A DNA stretch of 62,018 nt from Ignavibacteria bacterium. GTDB taxonomy: Bacteria > Bacteroidota > Ignavibacteria > Kapaibacteriales > UBA2268. Below the pieces are notes generated by a model that saw only the letters and a program-made list of their open reading frames with translations, was not told where the DNA came from and did no database searches. The stretch's first letter is position 1. Each line of letters begins with the position of its first letter. Shown piece after piece: positions 29,402 through 39,713 of this stretch. Location of the stretch: assembly GCA_026415495.1 (NCBI GenBank), contig JAOAGZ010000003.1, positions 1 to 62,018 of the forward strand, written 5' to 3'. The translations under genes and the position numbers were made by a program.

Positions 29402-32400
29402 ATGGCAAGAGAAATGAATTACAAGTATCTGAATCGTGTTTTTGCTGGTTTATCCTTTGCTTTAGCATTCATTACGTATGTGCTTACTGTGCAACCGAGC
29501 GTTCCGTTCTGGGATTGCGGAGAGTTCTCCGCAGCATCGGTATGGCAACAGGTGCCACATCCACCGGGTGCACCACTTTTCTTAATGGTTGGGAAAGTAT
29601 TTCACACTCTTATTCCTTTTGGAGATGAAGGGTGGCGAATTAATATGGTGTCTGTGGTTGCAAGCGCCTTGACAGTGTGGTTATTATATCTAATCACAGT
29701 AATGGCAATTCGAAACTTTTATAAAAAAGAAAATGATAATTTTGCAAGTGCCTTTGCAATTTATGGTTCGGCATTCATTGCAGCTGCTGCATATACTTTT
29801 AGCGATACTTTCTGGTTTAATGCTGTAGAATCTGAAGTGTATGCTTCTTCTTCGTTGTTTGTGGCTATAGTAGTATATTTAATGATGCGTTGGAACGAAG
29901 AAGCCGATAATCCCGGAAATGAAAAATACCTACTTATTATTGCTTATCTCATTGGTTTGTCTACTGGCGTCCATTTATTAAGCATACTTACGATTTTTTC
30001 TATAGTTCTACTTGTTTATTTTCGTAAGTACACTTTTAAATTTTCTACATTTATTTTGGCTGGAATATTATCAGTTGTAACTTTCTTCATTATTTATAAT
30101 TTAATTGTTCAGTCCATTCCGGCATTTTTAGCAGGACACACACCTGGACGCAATGAAGCTTCAGAATACAGTATTAATAACTCTGTTGCTCTTCAAGCAC
30201 TGGCAATAATTGCAATTTTGGCAATAATTTATGGTTTTTATTATTCGATGAAAAAAGGCAATCAAATATTAAGATTGATAACTTCAAGCATTCTTCTTAT
30301 GCTGATTGGATACACAACTTATACTCATATCTTGTTACGTGCAAATGCTAATCCTCCTATGAACGAAAACGAACCCAAAACATTCACCCAACTTTCTTCC
30401 TATATTGGTCGCGAACAATATGGACAAGCTCCATTCTGGCCAAGACGCTATCAAAGAGAAGACAGATTTATTTACAGATACGAGTTGCGAGATGATGCTG
30501 GAAACTATGTTTATGGAAAATGGGAACCCCCAACATACGAAACAGTTCCTCGTTCTGATGGGACTATGATAAATGTGCCGAAATTCACAAAAATAAATAC
30601 TGCTGGCGAATTAGCATATCTTTGGAAATATCAAATTAATCATATGTATATCCGATATTTCTTCTGGAATTTTGTCGGTCGGATGAGCGATGTGCAAGAT
30701 GCCGGAGTTGCTTGGTTTAACTATGATAAGAAAGACTACGAAACATTGAATTATAAATCTGGTTATAAAGATGAGTTTCCTGTTAGATTTTTTGCTTTGC
30801 CATTATTATTTGGATTAATTGGACTATATTTCCATTACGCAAAAGACAAAAAAATGGCATTTATTTATATTATTATGTTTTTGATGATGGGCGTACTTGC
30901 TGCAATTCAGCAAAATCAACAGGATCCACAACCAAGAGAACGTGATTATTTCTATGCCGGTTCCTTTATGGTCTTTGCAATGTGGATAGGTTTTGGTGCA
31001 TTTGCATTGATTGAATGGATTTCGAAAGAAAAGATCAAAAATGCTTTTGTAATTCCTATCATTATTGCAAGTATGTTGCTTGTACCATTTAATATGGCTG
31101 TCGGAGGCTGGAAAATACATTCCCGTGCAGGAAATTATCTGCCTTTTGATTATGCATATAATATTCTACAGTCTTCTGAAAAAGATGCAATAATTTTCAC
31201 AAACGGCGACAATGATACATTCCCTGTTTGGTATTTACAAGATGTTGCTGGTGTTAGACGCGATGTCCGAGTAGTCAATCTCTCGCTTGCGAATACGCTT
31301 TGGTATATAGACCAACTAAAGAACAGAGAACCTTGGGGTGCTAAGAAAATACCTTTATCTTTCCCTGACAGTCAAATTCAAGGAAAGGATGAAAGCGATG
31401 AAGACGCTCTTACATATGAATTCGGAGATGCCCGACAGGTAGAAATTCCAGTAAAAAAAGAGATATTAGCTAAATATACCGACAAGAATGATGTAATTGA
31501 ATCTGGTAAGATGAGTTATTCTTTTGTTGGAATGCCTCAGCAAGGTCGGGATGGAAAAACTACTTATATTTTTAGAGTTCAGGATTTAGTCATAAACGAT
31601 ATTCTTAAACAAACACGTTTCGAAAGACCTGTTTATTTTTCAACTACTGTTGGTGGTGGCGATGTGTTTGTTGGTCTTGACGATTTTCTGCGATTAGAAG
31701 GAATGTTGTGGCGAATTTGTCCCGTTAGAAAAAGTGATATGAAAACAGGTGATCTTGAAGTTGATATTACAGAAAAATGCTTACTGAATTATGACAACTC
31801 AAATAATTATCACAAAGAACCAAATTACGGATTTAAATTCCGCAATCTCAACAACCCATCAGTTTTCTACGATGAAGTTCATAGAAGATTAATGGAAAGC
31901 TACAGGATTCTTTTCTATCAAGTGGCTGATAAATTAATTGAACGTAATGAAAAAGAACGCGCTAAAAAGCTCTTAGATAAAATGAACGAACTAATTTCAC
32001 CCGTTCAATTCCCGATGGTTCTTGAATCAGAAAGCAGATTGATTAGAACTTACGAAAAATTAGAAGATAAAGAGAATTTACGTAAATATGCTCAAAGCTG
32101 CCTGAACTCTTGCTTAGAATTAATTGATAAAGAATATTTAAAACCTGAATATGTTCGTTGGGAGATTATGGGTAGGCTTTATGGTCCTTATAAAATTGCT
32201 GCAGATATGTATGAAATATTAGAAAACATTAATGGAGCAAAGGCAATATTAACTCGATTTGAAAAGCAGGTAGAGGCATACAAAAATTCGATGATAAATA
32301 TGGGCTATTCGCAAAACGAAATTAACATCTTAGATCAAAATCTTGCTGATACAAAAGTCAGAATAGATTATATGCATATTAATATTTTAGTAAAACAGAA

Positions 32401-32587
32401 CAAACTCAAAGAAGCATACGACGAAGCCAATAAGTTACTTGCTAATTACAGAAGTCAAGAATCGATTGTCTATAAATATGCATCTATGTTTTTAAGCAAT
32501 AAAATTGATGAGATTGCTGCCAAGATGGGATTAGTTGCAGACAAAAAAGATACTAATATAATAATGAAAAATCCAACTGTTCAATAA
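29402..32587 (+). CDS. DUF2723-domain large membrane protein with C-terminal helical-repeat region
   Basis: 1061 aa. The N-terminal VQPSVPFWDCGEFSAASVWQQVPHPPGAPLF is the DUF2723 signature. It has many TM helices followed by a soluble helical tail. Confidence 0.8.
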   Translation: MAREMNYKYLNRVFAGLSFALAFITYVLTVQPSVPFWDCGEFSAASVWQQVPHPPGAPLFLMVGKVFHTLIPFGDEGWRINMVSVVASALTVWLLYLITVMAIRNFYKKENDNFASAFAIYGSAFIAAAAYTFSDTFWFNAVESEVYASSSLFVAIVVYLMMRWNEEADNPGNEKYLLIIAYLIGLSTGVHLLSILTIFSIVLLVYFRKYTFKFSTFILAGILSVVTFFIIYNLIVQSIPAFLAGHTPGRNEASEYSINNSVALQALAIIAILAIIYGFYYSMKKGNQILRLITSSILLMLIGYTTYTHILLRANANPPMNENEPKTFTQLSSYIGREQYGQAPFWPRRYQREDRFIYRYELRDDAGNYVYGKWEPPTYETVPRSDGTMINVPKFTKINTAGELAYLWKYQINHMYIRYFFWNFVGRMSDVQDAGVAWFNYDKKDYETLNYKSGYKDEFPVRFFALPLLFGLIGLYFHYAKDKKMAFIYIIMFLMMGVLAAIQQNQQDPQPRERDYFYAGSFMVFAMWIGFGAFALIEWISKEKIKNAFVIPIIIASMLLVPFNMAVGGWKIHSRAGNYLPFDYAYNILQSSEKDAIIFTNGDNDTFPVWYLQDVAGVRRDVRVVNLSLANTLWYIDQLKNREPWGAKKIPLSFPDSQIQGKDESDEDALTYEFGDARQVEIPVKKEILAKYTDKNDVIESGKMSYSFVGMPQQGRDGKTTYIFRVQDLVINDILKQTRFERPVYFSTTVGGGDVFVGLDDFLRLEGMLWRICPVRKSDMKTGDLEVDITEKCLLNYDNSNNYHKEPNYGFKFRNLNNPSVFYDEVHRRLMESYRILFYQVADKLIERNEKERAKKLLDKMNELISPVQFPMVLESESRLIRTYEKLEDKENLRKYAQSCLNSCLELIDKEYLKPEYVRWEIMGRLYGPYKIAADMYEILENINGAKAILTRFEKQVEAYKNSMINMGYSQNEINILDQNLADTKVRIDYMHINILVKQNKLKEAYDEANKLLANYRSQESIVYKYASMFLSNKIDEIAAKMGLVADKKDTNIIMKNPTVQ

Positions 32588-32613
32588 TTTGTTAAACTGA
32601 AAAATAATGGAAT

Positions 32614-35304
32614 ATGAAAAAAGAATTCTCAAAGGCATATAACCCAAAAGATGTTGAAACTAAATGGTATGAAAATTGGATTGAAAATGGGATTTTCAAT
32701 GCATATGAAAATACTGATAAAAAGCCATATAGCATATTAATGCCACCACCAAATGTTACGGGAATACTTCATTTCGGGCATGTTCTTAATATCACTTTGC
32801 AAGATTTGTTTATTCGATTGAAACGAATGAATGGATTTGAAGCATGCTGGTTTCCCGGAACAGATCATGCCGGAATAGCAACTCAGTCGAAAGTTGAAGC
32901 TGAACTGCGTAAGGAAGGATTAACACGATATGATTTAGGTCGTGAAAAATTTGTTCAAAGAGTTTGGGAATGGAAAGAAAAATATGGCGGTATTATTCTT
33001 AAACAAATTAGAAAACTCGGGGCATCTTGTGATTGGAATAGAACGCTTTTTACAATGGACGACAGTGCTTCAAATGCTGTAAAAGAAGTATTTGTTCGTT
33101 TATTCGACGACGGTTTGATTTATAAAGGCAAAAGGATAATCAACTGGTCTCCCCTTGCTCAGACCGCACTAAGCGATGAGGAAGTTGAATTCCGAGAGGT
33201 GAAAGAATATCTCTATACTCTCAGATATTATTTTCCAGATAACAAGAACTTTTTGAAAGTTGCTACAGTAAGACCTGAGACAATATTTGGTGATACAGCA
33301 GTTGCAGTTAATCCAAATGATGAACGATATAAACACTTGATCGGTCAAAAGGTTCGCGTTCCTCTTACAAATAGATATGTCGATATTATTCCTGACGAAT
33401 ACGCTGATCCTACTTTTGGTACCGGATGTGTGAAAATCACGCCAGCACACGACCCAAATGACTTTTTAGTTGGCGAACGACATAATTTAGAAATCATCAA
33501 TTCTATTAATGCTGACGGAACACTAAATGAAGCTGCTGGTGAATTTGCAGGTCTTGAACGTTTTGAAGCCCGAAAAATCATTGTTGAAAAGTTAAAAGAA
33601 AACGACTTAATTGAAAAAATCGAAGATTATACCCATAATGTTGGCTTTTCTCAGCGCGGAGGAGAACCAATTGAACCATATCTTAGCGATCAGTGGTTTG
33701 TACGGATGAAGCCACTTGCTGAAATTGCGTTGAAACCTGTATTAAATGGAGAGATTAAATTTCATCCAAATCACTGGGTAAAAACTTATGAACATTGGAT
33801 GAATAATATTCGTGATTGGTGTATTTCCCGCCAATTATGGTGGGGGCACCGTATCCCGGTTTACTATGCTCCTGATGGTAGATACACAGCAGCCCGCGAT
33901 GAAAAAGAAGCACGTCAAAAATTAGGCATAGAGGATAATATTCTTTTAGTCCAAGATGAAGATGTGCTCGACACTTGGTTTTCGTCGTGGCTATGGCCTC
34001 TTACAACAATGCGATGGCTTGTTGACGGAAAAGAAGATAATGAAACTTTAAGAAAATTTCTACCTACTGATTTGCTTGTAACTGCGCCCGATATTATCTT
34101 TTTCTGGGTTGCAAGAATGATTATGGCAACAATGTATTTCAAAAACACAATTCCGTTTAAAAATGTATATTTTACAAGTACAATTCGGGACGGTAAAGGT
34201 AGAAAACTTTCTAAATCGCTTGGTAACTCGCCGGATCCACTCGAAATAATAGATAAATATGGCGCTGACGCTGTTCGCTTCACTATGCTTTATCTTGCTC
34301 CACTCGGTCAAGATGTTCGCCTGGATGTAGATGTAGATCATCAGGATATTCCCTCCTGCGAACTTGGGCGTAACTTTGCAAATAAAATATGGAATGCAGG
34401 ACGTTTCTTAATGATGAAATTAGAAGAAAATGATGTGAAACTCGAAGGTGAAATTCTAAACGATAATGAAAAAACAATCTCAGACAGATGGATACTTTCA
34501 CGCTTTCATTCTACTTTGGAAAAAACTATCGATTCACTTGATAATTTCAAGGTTACTGATTATTCTAAATTGCTATATGATTTTATCTGGCGCGACTTCT
34601 GCGACTGGTATATTGAAATCTTAAAGGTAAATATCAACAATACAGAAAACGTAGAACACAGGCAAAAATTAGTACGTTTTGCAATAAATTTATATATTGA
34701 CATATTGAAAATGTTGCATCCTGTTATGCCATATATTACAGAAGAAATCTATAGCATTATTCGTAACTCGGATGCCGTTAGTATAAGCACAGAGAAATAT
34801 CCACAATTGATGAAAGATTGTATTAATGACAAAATAGAACAAGATTTCGAACTTGTTCAGATGATTGTTGAGGAAATGAGAAGGCTTCGCTCATCTATCA
34901 ATATTCCTCCTTCACAAAAAGTTCCGGCTAAAATTTCTATTGGGAACAAAGAATTGTTGAATACTTTTAATGATTTATCAAATGTAATAGCAAATTTAGC
35001 AAAGATATCATCATTAGAAATCGGTAACAACTTCGAAAAGCAACAAGGTGCAATCAGTTCTGTTGTTCGTGAAATTGAAGTTATACTCGAAGTAGCAACT
35101 TCAATTGATATTGAAAAGGAAAAAGAGCGATTAAGAAAGGAAATTGAACGACTTGAAAGAAATATCAAGAGTAGTCAGGGTAAACTGTCAAATGAAAAAT
35201 TCGTTCAGAATGCACCTGCTGAAATAGTTCAATACGAAAAAGAAAAATTAGCAAGTATGGAGGAATCATTAGCAAAAACAATAGAGAACCTAAAAAATTT
35301 ATAG
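32614..35304 (+). CDS. valS: Valine-tRNA ligase
   Basis: 896 aa with the HIGH motif (PPPNVTGILHFGH), KMSKS (KLSKSLGN) and a C-terminal coiled coil. Confidence 0.95.
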   Translation: MKKEFSKAYNPKDVETKWYENWIENGIFNAYENTDKKPYSILMPPPNVTGILHFGHVLNITLQDLFIRLKRMNGFEACWFPGTDHAGIATQSKVEAELRKEGLTRYDLGREKFVQRVWEWKEKYGGIILKQIRKLGASCDWNRTLFTMDDSASNAVKEVFVRLFDDGLIYKGKRIINWSPLAQTALSDEEVEFREVKEYLYTLRYYFPDNKNFLKVATVRPETIFGDTAVAVNPNDERYKHLIGQKVRVPLTNRYVDIIPDEYADPTFGTGCVKITPAHDPNDFLVGERHNLEIINSINADGTLNEAAGEFAGLERFEARKIIVEKLKENDLIEKIEDYTHNVGFSQRGGEPIEPYLSDQWFVRMKPLAEIALKPVLNGEIKFHPNHWVKTYEHWMNNIRDWCISRQLWWGHRIPVYYAPDGRYTAARDEKEARQKLGIEDNILLVQDEDVLDTWFSSWLWPLTTMRWLVDGKEDNETLRKFLPTDLLVTAPDIIFFWVARMIMATMYFKNTIPFKNVYFTSTIRDGKGRKLSKSLGNSPDPLEIIDKYGADAVRFTMLYLAPLGQDVRLDVDVDHQDIPSCELGRNFANKIWNAGRFLMMKLEENDVKLEGEILNDNEKTISDRWILSRFHSTLEKTIDSLDNFKVTDYSKLLYDFIWRDFCDWYIEILKVNINNTENVEHRQKLVRFAINLYIDILKMLHPVMPYITEEIYSIIRNSDAVSISTEKYPQLMKDCINDKIEQDFELVQMIVEEMRRLRSSINIPPSQKVPAKISIGNKELLNTFNDLSNVIANLAKISSLEIGNNFEKQQGAISSVVREIEVILEVATSIDIEKEKERLRKEIERLERNIKSSQGKLSNEKFVQNAPAEIVQYEKEKLASMEESLAKTIENLKNL

Positions 35305-35328
35305 TGATTATTCTTGTTATAAAAAAAA

Positions 35329-35355
35329 ATGGGCTGTCCTTTCCGGACAGCCCAT
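35329..35355. terminator. Bidirectional terminator between valS and the aldehyde dehydrogenase gene
   Basis: ATGGGCTGTCC-(5 nt)-GGACAGCCCAT is a perfect 11-bp stem flanked by an A-run upstream (A9) and a T-run downstream (T8). Confidence 0.75.
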
Positions 35356-35374
35356 TTTTTTTGAAAAATGATTC

Positions 35375-36856
35375 TTAATAGTTATCAATTTGTGCTCTTT
35401 GAAGTCTATCAGAATAATCGACATACACAGTTTTCCATTCTGTAAAGATATCGAATACTGTCCAACCACCTTCACGATGACCATTTCCTGTTCCTTTAAT
35501 TCCACCGAAAGGCATATGAGCTTCTGCACCGATAGTAGGAGCATTAATGTAAGTAATACCAGCTTCGATATCACGAATTGCTTTGAAAGCGTGATTTACA
35601 TTTCGAGTATAAATAGATGAAGATAAGCCATACTCACAATCATTTTGCAATTCAATTGCGTGGTCGAGTGATTCTGCTTTTGTAACTGCTAAAACAGGAC
35701 CAAATATTTCTTCTTTAAAGATTGTGTGATGTGGTTCAACATCAGCAATAATAGTCGGCTTGTAGAAAGAACCTTTTGCCAATTCTCCGTCTGTTGCACG
35801 TTCGCCACCACAAATCAGGCGACCACCTTCTTGCAATGCTTTAAGAACGTAATTATGAATACCTTCGAGTGCTTTATCGTGAATAACCGGACCAACGTCT
35901 GTTCCCTCTTTCAATCCATCGCCAAGTCTTAATTTTTCAGTACGAGCTTTGAGTAATTGAAGAACTTCCTCATAAACATCTTTATGAACGATTAATCTCG
36001 AAGTTGCAGTACAACGCTGTCCAGTTGTACCAAATGCCCCCCAAAGAGCACCTTCAATAGCCAATTCAAGATTAGCGTCATCCATTATTATTTGTGCATT
36101 CTTGCCACCCATTTCGAGGGATACTCTTTTATTTAATCTCCCGCAAATCTCACCAATTTTACAACCAATATCAGTAGAACCTGTAAATCCGATAACTTTT
36201 ACATCAGGATGCTCGACAATCATATTGCCCATACTACCAACACCAGTTAATACGTTGAAAACGCCTGGTGGGAGACCTGCTTCTTCCATTATTTCAGCAA
36301 AAACAACTCCTGAATGAGGAGTTTCTTTCGAAGGCTTATAAACAACAGTGTTTCCAGCAGCAATTGCTGGCAAAATTTTCCAAGATGGCACTGCTATCGG
36401 GAAATTCCAAGCAGTAATAACACCAACAACTCCAATTGGAACACGGAAAGAAAGATTCATTTTGTTTTCGAGTTCGCTTGGAGCATTGTAGCCGAATAGT
36501 CTACGGGTTTCACTTGCAGCATAGTAAGCAGTATCAATTGCTTCTTGAATATCACCTTCTGTTTCAAAAGTTGGTTTGCCCATTTCACGTGTCATAATTT
36601 TAGCAATTTCTTTCTTCCTGCGAGCGAATATATCGCCTGCTTTGCGAATTATATCTCCTCTTTTTGGTGCAGGCACAAGACGCCACTTTTTATAGGCTTC
36701 TTTTGCAGCTGCAACTGCATTATCTACGTCTGCTTTTTCTGAATAAGCGAACTCACCAATAATATCATCGTGATTTGCCGGATTAATATTTTTGAAAGTT
36801 TTACCAGAAACGGCATCTACCCATTTGCCATTAATGTAATTTTTAAATTTTTCCAT
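35375..36856 (-). CDS. NAD(P)-dependent aldehyde dehydrogenase family protein
   Basis: 493 aa with FTGSTDIG, the catalytic LEMGGKN and GQRCTA motifs, and EEIFGPV. Confidence 0.9.
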   Translation of the reverse strand: MEKFKNYINGKWVDAVSGKTFKNINPANHDDIIGEFAYSEKADVDNAVAAAKEAYKKWRLVPAPKRGDIIRKAGDIFARRKKEIAKIMTREMGKPTFETEGDIQEAIDTAYYAASETRRLFGYNAPSELENKMNLSFRVPIGVVGVITAWNFPIAVPSWKILPAIAAGNTVVYKPSKETPHSGVVFAEIMEEAGLPPGVFNVLTGVGSMGNMIVEHPDVKVIGFTGSTDIGCKIGEICGRLNKRVSLEMGGKNAQIIMDDANLELAIEGALWGAFGTTGQRCTATSRLIVHKDVYEEVLQLLKARTEKLRLGDGLKEGTDVGPVIHDKALEGIHNYVLKALQEGGRLICGGERATDGELAKGSFYKPTIIADVEPHHTIFKEEIFGPVLAVTKAESLDHAIELQNDCEYGLSSSIYTRNVNHAFKAIRDIEAGITYINAPTIGAEAHMPFGGIKGTGNGHREGGWTVFDIFTEWKTVYVDYSDRLQRAQIDNY

Positions 36857-36934
36857 TTTACCTCCAAGTGTTGAAAGTTGTGAAAATATAATTAGAAATT
36901 GATAAATCTAAAAAAATAATATATAAAAAAAACA

Positions 36935-37456
36935 TTAATCTTTTGACAATAATTCTATAATTGTTTTACAAAAAATTGGTAAATCATTAGGATTTCTTGA
37001 TGTAATAATTTGACCATCAACGACAACTTCCTGATCTATCCAGTAAGCGCCTGCATTAACAAGGTCATCTTTTATTGAATAGAAACTTGTAACAGTTTTA
37101 TTCTCGATAATTTTTGCAGAAGCCAAAAGCCAAGGACCATGACAGATTGCAGCTGTAATTTTATTTTGTTCGTTCATTCGTCGAATAAAATCAACAATTT
37201 GAGGGTCGCGCCTCAAATAGTCAGGAGCAAATCCACCTGGAATAATCACAGCGTCGAAGTTTTCATGTCCTATGTTGGATATTATTTCATCCGGTTTAGC
37301 TTTTAATCCATTCTTACCGATAAATATATTGCTTGACGATGCAACAGAAAGCACTTTGGCACCCGCTTCCTTCATCCGATAGTATGGGTACCAAAATTCA
37401 ATTTCTTCATAAAATTCAGCTAATAGCACAACAACATTTTTTCCATCTAAATTCAT
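36935..37456 (-). CDS. DJ-1/PfpI family protein (type 1 glutamine amidotransferase-like)
   Basis: It carries the nucleophile-elbow motif AAICHGPWLL and IPGG. I placed the start at the ATG preceded by GAAGGGGA; the track ORF starts 15 nt upstream. Confidence 0.85.
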   Translation of the reverse strand: MNLDGKNVVVLLAEFYEEIEFWYPYYRMKEAGAKVLSVASSSNIFIGKNGLKAKPDEIISNIGHENFDAVIIPGGFAPDYLRRDPQIVDFIRRMNEQNKITAAICHGPWLLASAKIIENKTVTSFYSIKDDLVNAGAYWIDQEVVVDGQIITSRNPNDLPIFCKTIIELLSKD

Positions 37457-37651
37457 TTGTATCCCCTTCATTTCTTATTATAAAAAATACGTATTGTTAT
37501 TTAATTAAATCATTGAAAAATAATATTTTATTTTGTTTTTACATAACTTTTTTTTAGTTTTGTAATCTTAATTTTTTTATTATTGATGATTAAATGGTCG
37601 TACAGAAATGTACGTATGTTAAACTAATTTAAATAATTTTGGAGAATTTTA

Positions 37652-39601
37652 ATGTCTGAAAATGAAACTCTTGTTCAAACTTCTGAGCAATCAGCACCAA
37701 ACCCAATGGCAGAAGTAACCAGCTCTCAAAACATTAGCGTTGATGCATTGCTAAATTCTGTTTCAAAAATTTTAGAAAACGAATTTGAAAATGCGTTAGA
37801 CATTGACGACGCTTCTTTCGAAACACTTTTCGAACAAAAAGTTGGAACTATCAAAGAAGACCAGCTAATAAAAGGGAAAATCGTTAAGATTGTTAAAGAC
37901 GAAGTATTTGTCGATATAGGATTTAAATCATTTGGTGTTGTTCCAAAAGCAGAATTAATCAATGCTGAATCATATCACATTGGTGATGAAATCGATGTTT
38001 ATATCGAGAAAATGGAAGATAACCAAGGTAGAGTTCTGCTTTCACGCAGAAGAGCTGATTTTATGCGTATTTGGGATGATATTTTGAAGCTTTACGAAAC
38101 TCAAGAAGTTACAAGAGTGAAAATCCTTCGCCGCATAAAAGGTGGAATGGTTGTTGATTTATTGGGAATTGAAGCATTTTTACCTGGTTCACAAATTGAT
38201 GTCCGTCCAGTGAGAGATTTTGATAGCTGGGTTGGGAAAAATATTGATGTTAGAGTTGTAAAAGTAAACCATCCAAGCGAAAATGTTGTCGTCAGCCATA
38301 AAGTGCTTCTGGAAGAACAACTTTCTGAACAGCGTCAAGCTATTATGGACAAACTTGATAAAGGTTTGGTGCTTGAAGGAACAGTCAAAGCAATTTCTGA
38401 CTTCGGTGTATTCGTTGATTTGGGTGGAGTTGATGGACTTGTTCATATCACAGATTTATCCTGGGGACGTGTTACTCATCCATCAGAAATCGTTGAATTA
38501 GACCAAACTGTTAAAGTAGTTGTTCTTGATTTTGATAAAGAAAAGAAACGTATTTCTCTTGGAATGAAACAGCTAACACCACATCCTTGGGATACAATTG
38601 GTGATAAATACGAAAAAGGCACAAAAGTAGTTGGCAAAGTGGTTAGCTTAACAGATTACGGTGCATTTATTGAGATTGAAAAAGGCGTTGAAGGATTAAT
38701 TCATATTAGCGAAATGTCCTGGACACAACACGTTAAACATCCATCGCAAATTGTTTCGATGGGACAAGTAGTCGAAGCAATTGTTCTTAATATTGATAAA
38801 GAAGAGAAAAAGCTCGCCCTTGGTATGAAACAATTAGAGCCAGATCCTTGGGAAGACTTGATGAAGAAGTATCCTATTGGTTCGAAACATAGAGGAATCG
38901 TTCGCAATTTAACTAACTTTGGAGTATTTGTCGAACTTGAACCTGGTGTAGATGGACTTGTTCATATTAGCGACTTATCGTGGACAAAGAAAATTCGTCA
39001 CCCAGGCGAATTTGTCAAAAAAGGTGATGAATTAGATGTTGTTGTTATTTCTGTCGATCCTGAACAACGTAGAATTGCTTTAGGTCATAAACAAATTAAT
39101 GATAATCCGTGGGATACTTTCGAAGAAACTTATAAAATTGGAACAGAAACCGAAGCAAAAATCGAAAGAATCATCGAAAAAGGCGTCATTGTCGAATTAC
39201 CTGAAAGAGTTGACGGATTTGTTCCAGTTTCTCAGCTTTCATTCGCACCAGTTAGAAATATTAGTGAATACTTCAAAATTGGTGATGTTTTGCCATTGAA
39301 GGTAGTTGAATTTGATAAGGAAGCTAAAAAAATTGTATTGTCGGTAGTTGAGTGCTTACGCGACAAACCTGTTGAAGTTATTGAAGCTTATAACAGTGCT
39401 CATCCTGTTCCAAATGCAGACAAATATTCTAAAGGCGAAATGTCTCCGGATGAATTACCAACATACAATCCAGAGGACATTCAAACTGACATCTTTAATT
39501 ATGAATATCCTCCTGATTATTTACCAAAACCGGTTGAAAATAAAGAAGAAGAAGAAAAAACTGAGGAAAATCAATCAAACGAAAGCACTGAAAACAACTA
39601 A
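37652..39601 (+). CDS. rpsA: 30S ribosomal protein S1
   Basis: 649 aa with six S1 domains (repeated G.V..I..FG.FV.L..GV.GL.HIS pattern) and an acidic C-terminal tail. Confidence 0.9.
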   Translation: MSENETLVQTSEQSAPNPMAEVTSSQNISVDALLNSVSKILENEFENALDIDDASFETLFEQKVGTIKEDQLIKGKIVKIVKDEVFVDIGFKSFGVVPKAELINAESYHIGDEIDVYIEKMEDNQGRVLLSRRRADFMRIWDDILKLYETQEVTRVKILRRIKGGMVVDLLGIEAFLPGSQIDVRPVRDFDSWVGKNIDVRVVKVNHPSENVVVSHKVLLEEQLSEQRQAIMDKLDKGLVLEGTVKAISDFGVFVDLGGVDGLVHITDLSWGRVTHPSEIVELDQTVKVVVLDFDKEKKRISLGMKQLTPHPWDTIGDKYEKGTKVVGKVVSLTDYGAFIEIEKGVEGLIHISEMSWTQHVKHPSQIVSMGQVVEAIVLNIDKEEKKLALGMKQLEPDPWEDLMKKYPIGSKHRGIVRNLTNFGVFVELEPGVDGLVHISDLSWTKKIRHPGEFVKKGDELDVVVISVDPEQRRIALGHKQINDNPWDTFEETYKIGTETEAKIERIIEKGVIVELPERVDGFVPVSQLSFAPVRNISEYFKIGDVLPLKVVEFDKEAKKIVLSVVECLRDKPVEVIEAYNSAHPVPNADKYSKGEMSPDELPTYNPEDIQTDIFNYEYPPDYLPKPVENKEEEEKTEENQSNESTENN

Positions 39602-39621
39602 TATTTATGCTTCAACAAAAA

Positions 39622-39646
39622 GGGCGACAGACTGTCGCCCTTTTTT
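39622..39646 (+). terminator. Rho-independent terminator after rpsA
   Basis: GGGCGACAG-A-CTGTCGCCC is followed by TTTTTTATTTTT. Confidence 0.75.
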
Positions 39647-39713
39647 ATTTTTACACCAAATTAGAAATTCATTTGCCGAATATATTAATTAATATCCTCA
39701 TTCTTTTAAAAAA

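Noticed and set aside
39348-39692. 114-aa plus-strand ORF overlapping the end of rpsA and its terminator.
   Set aside because: It is out of frame within rpsA and reads through the terminator hairpin, with a low-complexity Lys-rich translation.
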